This document shows positions 10,764-20,211 of a stretch of DNA of 64,000 nt, one piece after another; positions within the stretch are counted from its first letter, which is position 1, and each line of letters starts with the position of its first letter. The notes beneath the pieces were generated by a model. That model was not told where the DNA came from and searched no databases. It worked only from the letters and a program-made list of their open reading frames with translations. The stretch is from NCBI GenBank assembly GCA_964499445.1, contig CAZCLE010000003.1, forward strand, positions 7,247-71,246. The letters run 5' to 3'. Position numbers and translations under genes: made by a program. The DNA comes from an uncultured Dehalococcoidales bacterium. GTDB lineage: Bacteria; Chloroflexota; Dehalococcoidia; Dehalococcoidales; GCA-2688105.

Positions 10764-11108
10764 CTGGAAGCAATTGAAGTAGCGCGCAGGGCAGTAGAGG
10801 CAGCCAGTGAAAAGCAGGCGATAGATGTTGTGCTGCTGGACGTCCAAGGGCTATGTAGCTTTGCCGATTATTTTGTGATTTGTAGCGGTGATAGTGAACG
10901 GCAGATTAAGACCATCTATGGTGAAGTGGGACACGCCTTAAAAAAGGAAGGTATTTTACCCCTCCACCACGAGGGCACCATAGATTCCGGGTGGCTCCTC
11001 ATTGATTTTAGTGGGGTTATTGTCCATATTTTTGCTACCCTTGAGCGGGAATATTACCAGCTGGATGAGCTGTGGGATAAGGCTACCACGGTAGTCAGGA
11101 TTCAATAG
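10764..11108 (+). CDS. rsfS: Ribosome silencing factor
   Basis: DYFVICSG, WLLIDF, VHIF, REYYQLDELW. Frame extends upstream of track start 10830 to a CTG 7 nt after GGAGG. Confidence 0.92.
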   Translation: MEAIEVARRAVEAASEKQAIDVVLLDVQGLCSFADYFVICSGDSERQIKTIYGEVGHALKKEGILPLHHEGTIDSGWLLIDFSGVIVHIFATLEREYYQLDELWDKATTVVRIQ

Positions 11109-11109
11109 C

Positions 11110-11547
11110 TCAACTTTCGGTTTCTCGGTGATAATCAAAGATTTCTTCCTCAGAGAAGAATAGCTTGATTTCCGTCTCGGCAGTCTCTACCGAATCGGAG
11201 CCGTGGACGGTATTGTGTTCAATATCTAATCCTAAATCGCCTCTAATCGTTCCTGCCTCAGCCTTGGCTGGGTCAGTGGCTCCCATTATTTTTCTGATTA
11301 CCTCCACGGCGCCTTCACCCTCGAAGACAGCAGCCGTAATCGGGGTAGAGCTAATATAATTTACCAGGCCTTCAAAAAAGGGTTTATCGCTATGGATGGC
11401 GTAGTGCTTTTGGGCTAAGGCTTTATCCAGATGGAGCATCTTGAGCGCCACCAACTTTAATCCTTGCCTCTCCAGGCGACTAATAATAGTGCCGGCTAAC
11501 CCCCTCTGCATAGCGTCAGGCTTGATGAGAACTAGAGACCTTTCCAT
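11110..11547 (-). CDS. ndk: Nucleoside diphosphate kinase
   Basis: ERSLVLIKPD, GTIRGD, NTVHGSDS. Confidence 0.96.
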   Translation of the reverse strand: MERSLVLIKPDAMQRGLAGTIISRLERQGLKLVALKMLHLDKALAQKHYAIHSDKPFFEGLVNYISSTPITAAVFEGEGAVEVIRKIMGATDPAKAEAGTIRGDLGLDIEHNTVHGSDSVETAETEIKLFFSEEEIFDYHRETES

Positions 11548-11575
11548 ATCTAAGCTCCCCTTCATTTATATTGAG

Positions 11576-11714
11576 TATCAACCTCACCCTCCTTAGATTA
11601 GCCTCATGTCATTGTGAGGCACAAAGTGCCGAAGCAATCTCAAGAGACAACACAGATTTTAATTAGGTAACCCCTTAACTTTACTAGGAGGGGCTTTGCC
11701 CCTTCAACCTTCCC
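11576..11714. repeat. Modular palindromic intergenic repeat, copy 1 (module A, start of B, module C)
   Basis: About 85 bp nearly identical to 21208-21292 and, for its first ~65 bp, to the reverse complement of 15578-15643; GTCATTGTGAG...GAAGCAATCTC core; GGGGC-TTT-GCCCC hairpin. Confidence 0.9.
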
Positions 11715-12381
11715 TTAAAGGACTTAGCAGCCTCTCTAAATCGTTCACGTTTACTGCTTCCAGCGTGTCAACTATAAGGTCAGCCTCCATCAGACTGGAC
11801 CGGGGGTGGCTATTGGTAACGGCCAGGCAGTGCATCCCGGCTCTCTTGGCGGCGGTAATGCCAGCGGGGGCATCCTCAATGACAACGCAGTTCTCTGGCT
11901 CAGCCCCCAATTTTTTAGCTGCCAGCAAGAAGCCTTGAGGACTTGGTTTACCCTCCTGTACCTCTCTACCGGAGACAATGGCTTGGAAGGAGTCTTCTAT
12001 GCCTAACCCCCGCATAACCAACTGGATATTTTCTATGGGGGCTGAGGAGGCCAACGCCACACCAAAGCCGTGTTCTGTAAGCGACCTTATCAGTTTTACC
12101 GCCCCGGGTAGCGGCCTTATGTTCTGCCTCACTCTCTGGCGGTAGTTCTCCTCCTTCTCACTGGCAATGACATCTACTTCGCTTTGCGAAACGCCTTCAC
12201 CTAGAGTGGTTCTAATTATAGTATCATTTCTCTGACCAAACTGACGCCTGAAATCCTCTTCGGTGAATTTCACTCCTCTCTTTTGGAATACCTCCTGCCA
12301 CGCCTTCAGGTGATAGGGAGCAGTATCAGCAATTACCCCGTCCATATCCCAAATAACCGCCCTGGTTTTACTTCTGGGCAT
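11704..12381 (-). CDS. HAD-family phosphatase (beta-phosphoglucomutase-like)
   Basis: WDMDGVI motif I, ASSA, GKPSP, IEDA. Start set at MPRSK. Confidence 0.88.
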   Translation of the reverse strand: MPRSKTRAVIWDMDGVIADTAPYHLKAWQEVFQKRGVKFTEEDFRRQFGQRNDTIIRTTLGEGVSQSEVDVIASEKEENYRQRVRQNIRPLPGAVKLIRSLTEHGFGVALASSAPIENIQLVMRGLGIEDSFQAIVSGREVQEGKPSPQGFLLAAKKLGAEPENCVVIEDAPAGITAAKRAGMHCLAVTNSHPRSSLMEADLIVDTLEAVNVNDLERLLSPLREG

Positions 12382-12844
12382 TGTTTTTCGGCTTTTCCTC
12401 ATTGTTATTGGTAGAATCCGGCATTTGTCCAAGGACAAACATGGTAGCTGTGCCTTCAGCTACCAGGGTGCCATCTGTTAAAGATACGGCGGCTTTGGTC
12501 TCAAGCAGTTTTCCTTCATTTTTGGCTACTGAACCGGTGATGATAAGAGGCTCATTGATTAAAGCCGGGCGCTTAAATTTGGCTTGCATCCTGGCGGTGA
12601 CACAACATAAGCCCTCAAATAAGGCAGCATACCCCATTGCCTCATCAAGAAGAGTGGTTATAATGCCGCCATGGACAATACCTGACCAGCCTTGGTGATG
12701 CTTATTGGGAGTAAACTCTGCCCTGACTGTTTTGCCTTCTTGCTCAACCTTTAATTTCAACCCGATGGGGTTTTCCTTCCCACAGCCAAAGCACATGTCC
12801 CATCCTTTACTAGTATCAACTGGTATTTTGGGTCGGGTGGTCAT
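12368..12844 (-). CDS. PaaI-family thioesterase
   Basis: CFGCG..NPIGL, HGGIITTLLDEAMG. Confidence 0.88.
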   Translation of the reverse strand: MTTRPKIPVDTSKGWDMCFGCGKENPIGLKLKVEQEGKTVRAEFTPNKHHQGWSGIVHGGIITTLLDEAMGYAALFEGLCCVTARMQAKFKRPALINEPLIITGSVAKNEGKLLETKAAVSLTDGTLVAEGTATMFVLGQMPDSTNNNEEKPKNNAQK

Positions 12845-13548
12845 TTTTCCTTCTCCCCTCCAATTGTTAATTGGCGTTTGGGTTTAGTAATTGGTGGTCG
12901 CCTGAGGTATAGTGGCTGTAAAGTAGCCGGGTCGCCATAATTACCTGCCTCCAGCCGTTGTTGTCCTAGCTCAGCTAGAAAACCGGCTCGCCGTAATCTG
13001 GCGGCTGGCGTAGCTATTATCGCTCTTCGCTTAAGCTGCTTTCGTAGCTGAATGGCGATGAGCGGTATGAATTCTCCACAAAATATGGTTTGGGTGGTTA
13101 TCTGTGAGCATAGGGTTTCCACAGTAGTTATGTGCTCGCTGGTAAGCTGACGCCACTTTTCGTTTTTCCTCTGGTATAGGGCAGTGGCAATCTCTCCCCT
13201 GCCGGCATTAAATATCGGGCAGATAGGCAGGCCGGTTTCAGCATGCGGGTAGGCGGCTACTTCAAGGCTGCTGATGCCGACTATGGGGACTCCCAGGCTG
13301 AAGGCTAACCCCTTGGCAGTGCTAACCCCGACTCGTAGTCCGTTAAAGCTCCCCGGTCCCCTGGCGACGATAATGCCACTGATAGACTGAAGGCTTGTCC
13401 CCGTCTGATTTAGCAGGTGAGCTAGGTTGGGTAACAGCTGGACAGAATGGTTTTGTCCGCAGTGCCAGGTTAATTCGGCCAGCACCTCGTTATCTTGAGC
13501 CAGAGCCAGGCTTGCCGTATTCGTTGACGTATCTATAGCCAATTGCAT
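12841..13548 (-). CDS. tsaB: tRNA t6A biosynthesis protein TsaB
   Basis: LAIDTST, GPGSFNGLRVG, PLYLR. Confidence 0.94.
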   Translation of the reverse strand: MQLAIDTSTNTASLALAQDNEVLAELTWHCGQNHSVQLLPNLAHLLNQTGTSLQSISGIIVARGPGSFNGLRVGVSTAKGLAFSLGVPIVGISSLEVAAYPHAETGLPICPIFNAGRGEIATALYQRKNEKWRQLTSEHITTVETLCSQITTQTIFCGEFIPLIAIQLRKQLKRRAIIATPAARLRRAGFLAELGQQRLEAGNYGDPATLQPLYLRRPPITKPKRQLTIGGEKEK

Positions 13549-13566
13549 TAGTGATTTGAGCCCTTT

Positions 13567-14061
13567 CTATGAGTCGAGGGAAAGGTGTTTCAGTTGTCCC
13601 AGTATTTCCCGGTAGCGCTTGCCACTGGGTTTGAGTTGAAAGCTGCGCTCGGTGTCGGAAAGATAGCTTATTTGAATCATCAGGTGTTCTGGCGGCAGTA
13701 CGCTTAGCCCCTTTTCTGCCCATTCCACTACACAGACACCGTTACCGTATAAATAGTCGTCCAAGCCCAGGTCCGCAATCTCTTCTATATGGTCAAGCCG
13801 ATACAGGTCTATGTGATATAACGGTAGCCGACCGTAGAGTTCTCTCATGATGACGAAGGAAGGGCTCAGTGTATATTCTTTGATGTCTAACCCCCAGGCA
13901 ATGCCCTGGGTGAGGCAGGTCTTGCCGGTTCCCAGGCTGCCGACAAGAAGGAAAATATCACCGGGCCGGGCTAACTCGCCAATACTGACTCCCAACCTCT
14001 GGGTCTGCTCTGGACTATGGCTAATTAACTTGAGTTGGCTTATAGATTTACTTGGCATCAT
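13567..14061 (-). CDS. tsaE: tRNA t6A biosynthesis ATPase TsaE
   Basis: GSLGTGKT, SPSF, HIDLYRL, VVEWAE. Confidence 0.94.
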   Translation of the reverse strand: MMPSKSISQLKLISHSPEQTQRLGVSIGELARPGDIFLLVGSLGTGKTCLTQGIAWGLDIKEYTLSPSFVIMRELYGRLPLYHIDLYRLDHIEEIADLGLDDYLYGNGVCVVEWAEKGLSVLPPEHLMIQISYLSDTERSFQLKPSGKRYREILGQLKHLSLDS

Positions 14062-15071
14062 CTCTTAGCAAAGTGCTCCCATCCTGCCTTACTGAGCTTA
14101 ACCGGATTTCCCCTGCCGTCAACTATGGTTATCCTGACTGGCTGAGCGGCGGTAATTTCACCGATTACGGTTACCGGGCAGGAGACGGCTGTTTTTACCT
14201 TATCAATGACCTCATCGCTTCCGGTAAACAAAAGCTCGTAGTCCTCTCCACCCGATAGTGCCAGCTCATGAGCTCTGTCACTGAAGTTGGCTTTGACTAT
14301 GGGCAGAATGGGCACACGCTCAACCTCTATTCGGGCGCTAACCTGACTGGACTTACATATGTGGGTTAGGTCTGAAATCAGCCCGTCGCTAATATCTATA
14401 GCCGTTTTTATACCTTGCTCTACCAGTCGTTGACCCTCAGCTATTCGAGGGTAGGGGTGAAGGAAGGCCCCTTTTAAACCAGCGGTAGCTTCAGAGTCAA
14501 ATTGGAGCTGCCTGGTAAGCATCTCCCAACCGGCGGCGGCAGTTCCTAAATAACCGGTAACGGCTACTTTCTCGCCCGGCTCGGCTCCGGAGCGGGTGAG
14601 TATCTGTTTATCCTGGCTGGCGCTACCAAGAATGGTAATCGTAATAGTAACTAAGGGGGCGCTGCTGGTATCGCCACCGACTATGGCAACATCAAACGGC
14701 TGCGCCAGTTCCATCATCCCCTGATAGAGAGCAGTAACCTCCTCCACTTCCGTGTGGTCGGGTAAGGTCAGTGATACCAGGGCATATCTGGGCACGCCGC
14801 CCATAGCGGCAATATCACTCAGGTTGGCGGCTAGCGCTTTCCATCCCAGTTCCTTCCACGAAGTTGTACCTAAGGAAAAGTGAACATCCTGGATGAAGGA
14901 ATCAACCGTAGCCAGTTGAATTGAGGTATCACCATGCCAGGCGGCGGCATCATCACTACCCATGCCGATAATGAGTTGTCGCCAGGCTTCTATCTTATTG
15001 TCCTGTGAGCTGCTGACTATTTTAGCCAGGAGGTCAATCAGTCCAAATTCCCCCAGCTCGGAGACTTTCAT
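14058..15071 (-). CDS. thiL: Thiamine-monophosphate kinase
   Basis: GEFGLI, DDAA, NLSDIAAMG, GGDT, DISDGL, GGEDYELLF. Confidence 0.95.
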   Translation of the reverse strand: MKVSELGEFGLIDLLAKIVSSSQDNKIEAWRQLIIGMGSDDAAAWHGDTSIQLATVDSFIQDVHFSLGTTSWKELGWKALAANLSDIAAMGGVPRYALVSLTLPDHTEVEEVTALYQGMMELAQPFDVAIVGGDTSSAPLVTITITILGSASQDKQILTRSGAEPGEKVAVTGYLGTAAAGWEMLTRQLQFDSEATAGLKGAFLHPYPRIAEGQRLVEQGIKTAIDISDGLISDLTHICKSSQVSARIEVERVPILPIVKANFSDRAHELALSGGEDYELLFTGSDEVIDKVKTAVSCPVTVIGEITAAQPVRITIVDGRGNPVKLSKAGWEHFAKR

Positions 15072-15189
15072 AGCTGAAATTATAGCACGCTGGTATCTGG
15101 CTCACAACTTGGCGCTGGTTGGTCATTTAATCAAGGGGAAGTTTGCCGGGGTGCTAGCCCCTTCTAATGAAGTTAAGAGGTTATTTGGT

Positions 15190-15645
15190 AACCTATCCCC
15201 CTGACTCTCCTACCTTGGTTAAGGGAGGGGGAATGCAGGTAAGAGAGAGGCTTCGCCCCTCTCTAAAATCTCTCCCCCCTCTGCCTAAGAAGAGAGTCGA
15301 AGGGAGGCGATAATAGAGGAGAGTTAAAGAGAGGCAGAGCCTCCATTGCATAACCAGTTCCCCCTCTCCTTTGTAGAAGCACACTATTGGCAATCAAGTT
15401 GTTCATCATTGGGGTGTCTAAGAGGGGGCGGAGCCCCCTCTTTAAAAATCCTTTCCCCTTCCCCTTATCAAGGGGAAGGGGATAAAGGGGATGGGGTTAC
15501 CTACAACCAGTAAGAGGCCGTTTTGCAACTCAAACTGTCATTGTGAGCGAAGCGAAGCAATCTCACGATTGCTTTCAGAGATTGCTTCGGCGCTTTGTGC
15601 CTCACAATGACATGAGGCTAATCTAAAGGGAGTGAGGTTGATAAC
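15190..15645. repeat. Modular palindromic intergenic repeat cluster, copy 2 (largest)
   Basis: Inverted arms GTCATTGTGAG..GAAGCAATCTC (15537-15564) and GAGATTGCTTC..CTCACAATGAC (15578-15611); 12-bp hairpin CCCCTTCCCCTT-ATC-AAGGGGAAGGGG (15455-15481); several GGGGC-NNN-GCCCC-like hairpins. Confidence 0.9.
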
Positions 15646-15693
15646 CAATCTCCCCCCTAGCTATATCGGGCAAAAGCTGTTATATTTTTATAG

Positions 15694-16428
15694 ATGCGTT
15701 ATGCCATTATTGCTGATATTCATGCCAATCTAGACGCTTTTACTGCGGTGCTGGGTGACATTAAGCGTCGGGGTGGGGTGGAGGAGCTGTGGTGTTTGGG
15801 GGATGTGGTCGGCTATGGTCCCGACCCCCATGAGTGCATTGAGCTTCTGCGTCAGTATAATCATGTCTGTGTGGCTGGAAATCACGATTTGGCAGCTATA
15901 GGCAAGATAAATACCTCCGATTTTAACCACGATGCCGCCATCGCCTGTCGTTGGACAACTCGGCAATTAAACCTGGAGGATGTAAAGTATCTGGAGAGCC
16001 TGCCATTGGTTATTGAGAAGGATGATTTTACATTGGTGCATGGTAGTCCAAGAGAGCCTATCTGGGAGTATATCCTATCACTCAGCAGTGCCAAGGAAAA
16101 TTTTACTTGCTTTAAGTCACCGTTTTGCCTGGTGGGTCATTCTCATGTGCCCCTAATATTTAGGTATAGTGAAACCGGTGATTGTTCCGTTAGCCTATTC
16201 TCAGTCAATGTCGGGCTTTTTCTAGGTAAAGATAGGTTTATTATCAATCCCGGTGGCGTGGGGCAGCCCCGGGATGGTGACCCTCGATCCAGTTATGCTA
16301 TCTATGATAGTGAAGCCAGGCTCGTCAGACTGTACCGGGTTTCCTATGATATTTACGCTACTCAAAACAAAATGGTGAAGCATAACCTGCCGATGCGCCT
16401 GGTGGCTCGCTTGAGCTACGGCATGTGA
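15694..16428 (+). CDS. Metallophosphoesterase (YfcE/MJ0936-like)
   Basis: ADIHAN, GDVVG, GNHD, HGSP, GHSH, NPGGVGQPRD. Confidence 0.9.
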   Translation: MRYAIIADIHANLDAFTAVLGDIKRRGGVEELWCLGDVVGYGPDPHECIELLRQYNHVCVAGNHDLAAIGKINTSDFNHDAAIACRWTTRQLNLEDVKYLESLPLVIEKDDFTLVHGSPREPIWEYILSLSSAKENFTCFKSPFCLVGHSHVPLIFRYSETGDCSVSLFSVNVGLFLGKDRFIINPGGVGQPRDGDPRSSYAIYDSEARLVRLYRVSYDIYATQNKMVKHNLPMRLVARLSYGM

Positions 16429-16442
16429 CCCGGAAATAGCCC

Positions 16443-17324
16443 GTGGGGAGGCGTTACCTGAAGACAAGGTCACTTTTAGCTCAGACTAAGGGGTGGCTGC
16501 GCCACTTTGACCTTCAAGCCAGAAAGAGCTTGGGGCAGCATTTCCTTATTGATGAGGAGGTGCTCAAGCTGGTTACTTCAGCCGCCGAGCTTACCCCTAC
16601 TGATGTTATTATGGAAATAGGACCCGGTCTTGGTGTGCTGACCAGGGAGCTAGCCCGGCGGGCCGGCTGGGTGATTACCGTTGAGCTAGATAGCAAGCTG
16701 GCTGCCATCCTGAAACAGACATTGGCTTCGGTTAATAATGTTACTATTGTCAATGAGGATATACTTAAGATTACCCCGGCAGCCCTGCTTCAGGAGCCGA
16801 AGATGGGATTTCCTTCGGCAAAAAGAGGCTACAAGGTGGTGGCTAACCTTCCTTATTATATTACCTCACCCGTCCTGCGCCATTTTCTCGAGGCTTCGGT
16901 TAAGCCGCAACTAATGGTGGTAATGGTGCAGAAGGAGGTAGCTGAGGTAATTGTGGCTGAGCCGGGTCAGATGAGTGTGCTGAGTGTCAGCGTGCAACTT
17001 TATGGGGAACCAAGAATAATCAGCTATGTGCCGGCTCGGTGTTTTTACCCGCCGCCAGAGGTTGACTCGGCGATACTGCGGGTGGCTCTATACCCTCAGC
17101 CGGCAGCGGCGGTAACCGACACCGGGAGCTTTTTTGAGCTGGTGCGGGCTGGATTTAGTGCCTCCCGCAAGCAGATAGGTAACTCTTTAGCTCAAGGTCT
17201 GCAATTGCCCAAGACTGAGGTCTTATCCCTATTGGAAAAGGCAGGTATAGTGCCCCAGCGGCGGGCAGAGACCTTGAGCCTTGACGAGTGGGCACGACTG
17301 TGGCAAATTAGGCAGGGGAATTAG
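16443..17324 (+). CDS. rsmA: 16S rRNA adenine dimethyltransferase
   Basis: KSLGQHFL, EIGPGLG, ANLPYYI, QKEVA, RRAETL. Confidence 0.95.
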   Translation: MGRRYLKTRSLLAQTKGWLRHFDLQARKSLGQHFLIDEEVLKLVTSAAELTPTDVIMEIGPGLGVLTRELARRAGWVITVELDSKLAAILKQTLASVNNVTIVNEDILKITPAALLQEPKMGFPSAKRGYKVVANLPYYITSPVLRHFLEASVKPQLMVVMVQKEVAEVIVAEPGQMSVLSVSVQLYGEPRIISYVPARCFYPPPEVDSAILRVALYPQPAAAVTDTGSFFELVRAGFSASRKQIGNSLAQGLQLPKTEVLSLLEKAGIVPQRRAETLSLDEWARLWQIRQGN

Positions 17325-17325
17325 C

Positions 17326-18201
17326 ATGCTGACAGTTCTGGCGCCAGCCAAGGTAAATTTGACCCTTGAGGTCTTGACTAAGCGCCCCGATGGTTTTCAC
17401 GAAATCCGCAGCGTTATCCAGACGCTCAATCTATGTGATAGCCTTAACTTGCAGTTAAGTGAAAGTATTGGGATTAAGTCCGGTGCGCCGAACTGGGTTC
17501 CAGGGGATAGCCTGGTATCTAAGGCGGTCGGTTTACTTCAGGAGACAACCGGGTGCCGTAGGGGGGTAACAATTGAGGTCAGGAAGCGTATCCCTTCGGT
17601 GTCAGGGCTGGGTGGCGACAGCAGTGATGCCGCCGCTGTCCTGCGCGGACTTAATCGGCTCTGGGGATTGGGTTTATCGCTGGAAGAGTTGCTCAGGTTA
17701 GCCTGGCAGTTGGGCTCGGATGTAGCCTTCTTTTTTTATGGTGGCACCGCTCTGCTTGAGGGTAGGGGAGAGAGGGTAACGCCGCTACCCCCGTTGCCTC
17801 ATCTGTGGGTGGTCCTGATGATGCCGCCGGTGCCTAAGCTTCAGCGGAAAACGGAACGACTTTATGCCAGCGTGAAGACAAGCCAATATACCGATGGGCA
17901 GATTACGGATAGATTGGTGGCATTATTAACCGGGGGAGGTTTGGAGGGGGAGAGGTTGATAAGCAATGTGTTTAATGTGTTTGACAATTTGGCTCTGGGG
18001 AGTTTTTCCGGGCTTGAGGGGTATTGGCAGCAATTTGTGAAAGCCGGAGCCGAGGAAGTTCACCTGGCTGGCTCAGGACCGGCTCTATTCACCCTGATAA
18101 AAGTTCAGGCTCAGGCGGAGGAGATATACAGAAATCTTCAACAACAAGGGCTGGAGTCTTATTTAACTGAGACATTAGCGGCTATAGAAAAGATAGAATG
18201 A
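17326..18201 (+). CDS. ispE: 4-diphosphocytidyl-2-C-methyl-D-erythritol kinase
   Basis: APAKVNLTL, GLGGDSSDAA, GSDV, AGSGP. Start moved to the ATG after the rsmA stop. Confidence 0.93.
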   Translation: MLTVLAPAKVNLTLEVLTKRPDGFHEIRSVIQTLNLCDSLNLQLSESIGIKSGAPNWVPGDSLVSKAVGLLQETTGCRRGVTIEVRKRIPSVSGLGGDSSDAAAVLRGLNRLWGLGLSLEELLRLAWQLGSDVAFFFYGGTALLEGRGERVTPLPPLPHLWVVLMMPPVPKLQRKTERLYASVKTSQYTDGQITDRLVALLTGGGLEGERLISNVFNVFDNLALGSFSGLEGYWQQFVKAGAEEVHLAGSGPALFTLIKVQAQAEEIYRNLQQQGLESYLTETLAAIEKIE

Positions 18202-18253
18202 AATGCCTATATAATTTATAATTAATTAGACAAACTGATAAGGGAGGTGTCAG

Positions 18254-18757
18254 ATGGGCAACACCCTGGAAAATCTGCAGGAGGCTTTTGCCGGAGAAAG
18301 TCAGGCTAACCGGCGATACCTTTTCTCTGCTGAAAAGGCGGAAAAGGAGGGTCATCCCCAGATAGCTAGGCTGTTTCGGGCAACGGCTGAGGCGGAGACG
18401 GTTCATGCTCGTAACCATCTTGAAGTTATGGGTGGCATTAGGTCAACCAGGGATAATCTGGGGGAAGCCATCAAAGGCGAACACCACGAATTCACCGAAA
18501 TGTACCCCGGTTTCATTGAGCAGGCGAAAGCCGAGGGTAATAATGGGGCGGAGACCAGCTTCTACTATGCCAATGCGGTTGAGAAAATCCACTACAACCT
18601 GTACCAGCAGGCGCTTGATGCCCTTGGGACGGGGCAGAAGTTAAAAGATGAGTCGTACTATGTCTGCCAGGTCTGCGGCTATACTGTCGCCGGGGAAGCT
18701 CCCAAGCACTGTCCCATGTGTGGTGCCCCCGGCGATAAGTTCAAGCGGGTAGAGTAG
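18254..18757 (+). CDS. rbr: Rubrerythrin
   Basis: AFAGESQA, EExxH diiron motifs, C-terminal CQVC/CPMC rubredoxin domain. Confidence 0.93.
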   Translation: MGNTLENLQEAFAGESQANRRYLFSAEKAEKEGHPQIARLFRATAEAETVHARNHLEVMGGIRSTRDNLGEAIKGEHHEFTEMYPGFIEQAKAEGNNGAETSFYYANAVEKIHYNLYQQALDALGTGQKLKDESYYVCQVCGYTVAGEAPKHCPMCGAPGDKFKRVE

Positions 18758-18783
18758 GGATGAGAGGTTCTTTTCCATAGGGG

Positions 18784-18866
18784 ATTAAAAGGGGCGGAGC
18801 CCCTTTAATAAATTCCCTCCCTCTCCCCTTCACAAGGGGAGAGGGATAAAGGGTGAGGGGTTGTTA
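18784..18866. repeat. Modular palindromic repeat, copy 3 (modules C and B) between convergent genes
   Basis: AAAAGGGGC-GGA-GCCCCTTT and CCCTCTCCCCTT-CAC-AAGGGGAGAGGG (18819-18845) followed by GATAAAGGG as at 15481. Confidence 0.85.
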
Positions 18867-18888
18867 AGTAATTCGGGGAGTAGGCGAC

Positions 18889-20139
18889 TCACCGATGCTT
18901 CATCCACCCCTTAACCAGTTCCACCTCCCCCTTTTTGCTGCTTACCTTGCCGTCCAGTCTGGCTTCGTGTAACTGCTCCAGGATTTCTTTGATGCGGGGG
19001 CTGGGGGGTATGCCCATTCTTAATAGGTCGTTGCCGGTAAGGGCTGGCTTGACATAACGAAGCTTACTGAGAAATAGCTGGATGTGCCGGCGGGCTACCG
19101 GGGAGTCGCTAGCTAACGAATTGACGGTAATGGCTGGTGTGGGGTAGCCGTGAAGGAGGTGGTAAATACTGCTCGGGGTAAGTTCGGGGTCAGCCAGTGA
19201 CTTAAGTTTGGTTTTGATATTAAGAGAGTCCCTGAGGGTTTGGGCTATCGGCTTAGATAGCTTGAGGTATGAAATTAGTTGCTCGCTTTCTTTGTCACTC
19301 AGATGATAAATGAGCAGAGCCAGGTAAAGTCCCATTGGTAGTGGGTTGGGGGAGGTTAGCCGCCGGGCCTGCTCAAATTTTTCCACCAGCCAGCCATTGC
19401 CCTTAAGGGCGGGGTGCAACCTCTGAAGGACAGCGAGTTCTTCAGCCCGGCGCAAGACTTTCTCCGGGCGTTCCTCCCCAAATATACATTCCAGCTCATA
19501 GCGTATTCGGTCGCCGCTGATAGTATCCAGCCTGGGTATATCCCGTTTAAGTAGTTCAAGGGTGTTTCTTTCCAGCTGGAAGTTGAGCCGTTGCTCGTAG
19601 CGGAGCCCTCGCCAAATACGGGTGGCATCATCGGTAAAGCTCTTCTCATGTAAAATGCGGATGAGTTTATGCTCAAGGTCATCCCTGCCCCCATACAGGT
19701 CAATCAGTTCGCCGTAGAGGCCGGGGTTGAGGCAAACAGCCATGGCGTTGATGGTGAAGTCGCGACGGAACAGGTCGCTGGTCAGGGAGCCGGGCTTCAC
19801 GCTGGGCAGGGCTCCGGGCCTGGCGTAGGTCTCGGAGCGGGCGGTGGTCAGGTCAACACTCCATTCATCCCACTGGAGTTTAGCCGTATTGAAGCGGGGG
19901 TGGGTGGTGATTTTCCCCTGATTAATCTGGATTAGCTGGTGTGCCAGGTCTATGGCATCGCCTTCCACCACCAGGTCGAGGTCAAAATTAGGTTTTCCCA
20001 GGAGCAGGTCACGAACCACACCGCCGACAAGGTACAGGTTCTGTCCTTGCGTAAGCTTACCGGCTGTCTGCATAAAGTTGACCAGCTCGGCGGGTAGCTG
20101 TTTTTCGATTTTATTGGCTAGGTTAATAATCTCGGTCAT
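18889..20139 (-). CDS. cca: tRNA nucleotidyltransferase (CCA/A-adding, class II)
   Basis: GGVVRDLLL, DLDL, RRDFTINA, DDATR. Confidence 0.88.
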   Translation of the reverse strand: MTEIINLANKIEKQLPAELVNFMQTAGKLTQGQNLYLVGGVVRDLLLGKPNFDLDLVVEGDAIDLAHQLIQINQGKITTHPRFNTAKLQWDEWSVDLTTARSETYARPGALPSVKPGSLTSDLFRRDFTINAMAVCLNPGLYGELIDLYGGRDDLEHKLIRILHEKSFTDDATRIWRGLRYEQRLNFQLERNTLELLKRDIPRLDTISGDRIRYELECIFGEERPEKVLRRAEELAVLQRLHPALKGNGWLVEKFEQARRLTSPNPLPMGLYLALLIYHLSDKESEQLISYLKLSKPIAQTLRDSLNIKTKLKSLADPELTPSSIYHLLHGYPTPAITVNSLASDSPVARRHIQLFLSKLRYVKPALTGNDLLRMGIPPSPRIKEILEQLHEARLDGKVSSKKGEVELVKGWMKHR

Positions 20140-20211
20140 TTTCGTCGGTTACCTGCTAGCCCGAATTATAGCACAGGTTGTTGCTGAGTTCATTGGTGGG
20201 TGGTCTGTTGT

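Noticed and set aside
15193-15393. 66-aa minus-strand ORF in the track
   Set aside because: It lies wholly within the palindromic repeat cluster, so the translation is a repeat artefact.
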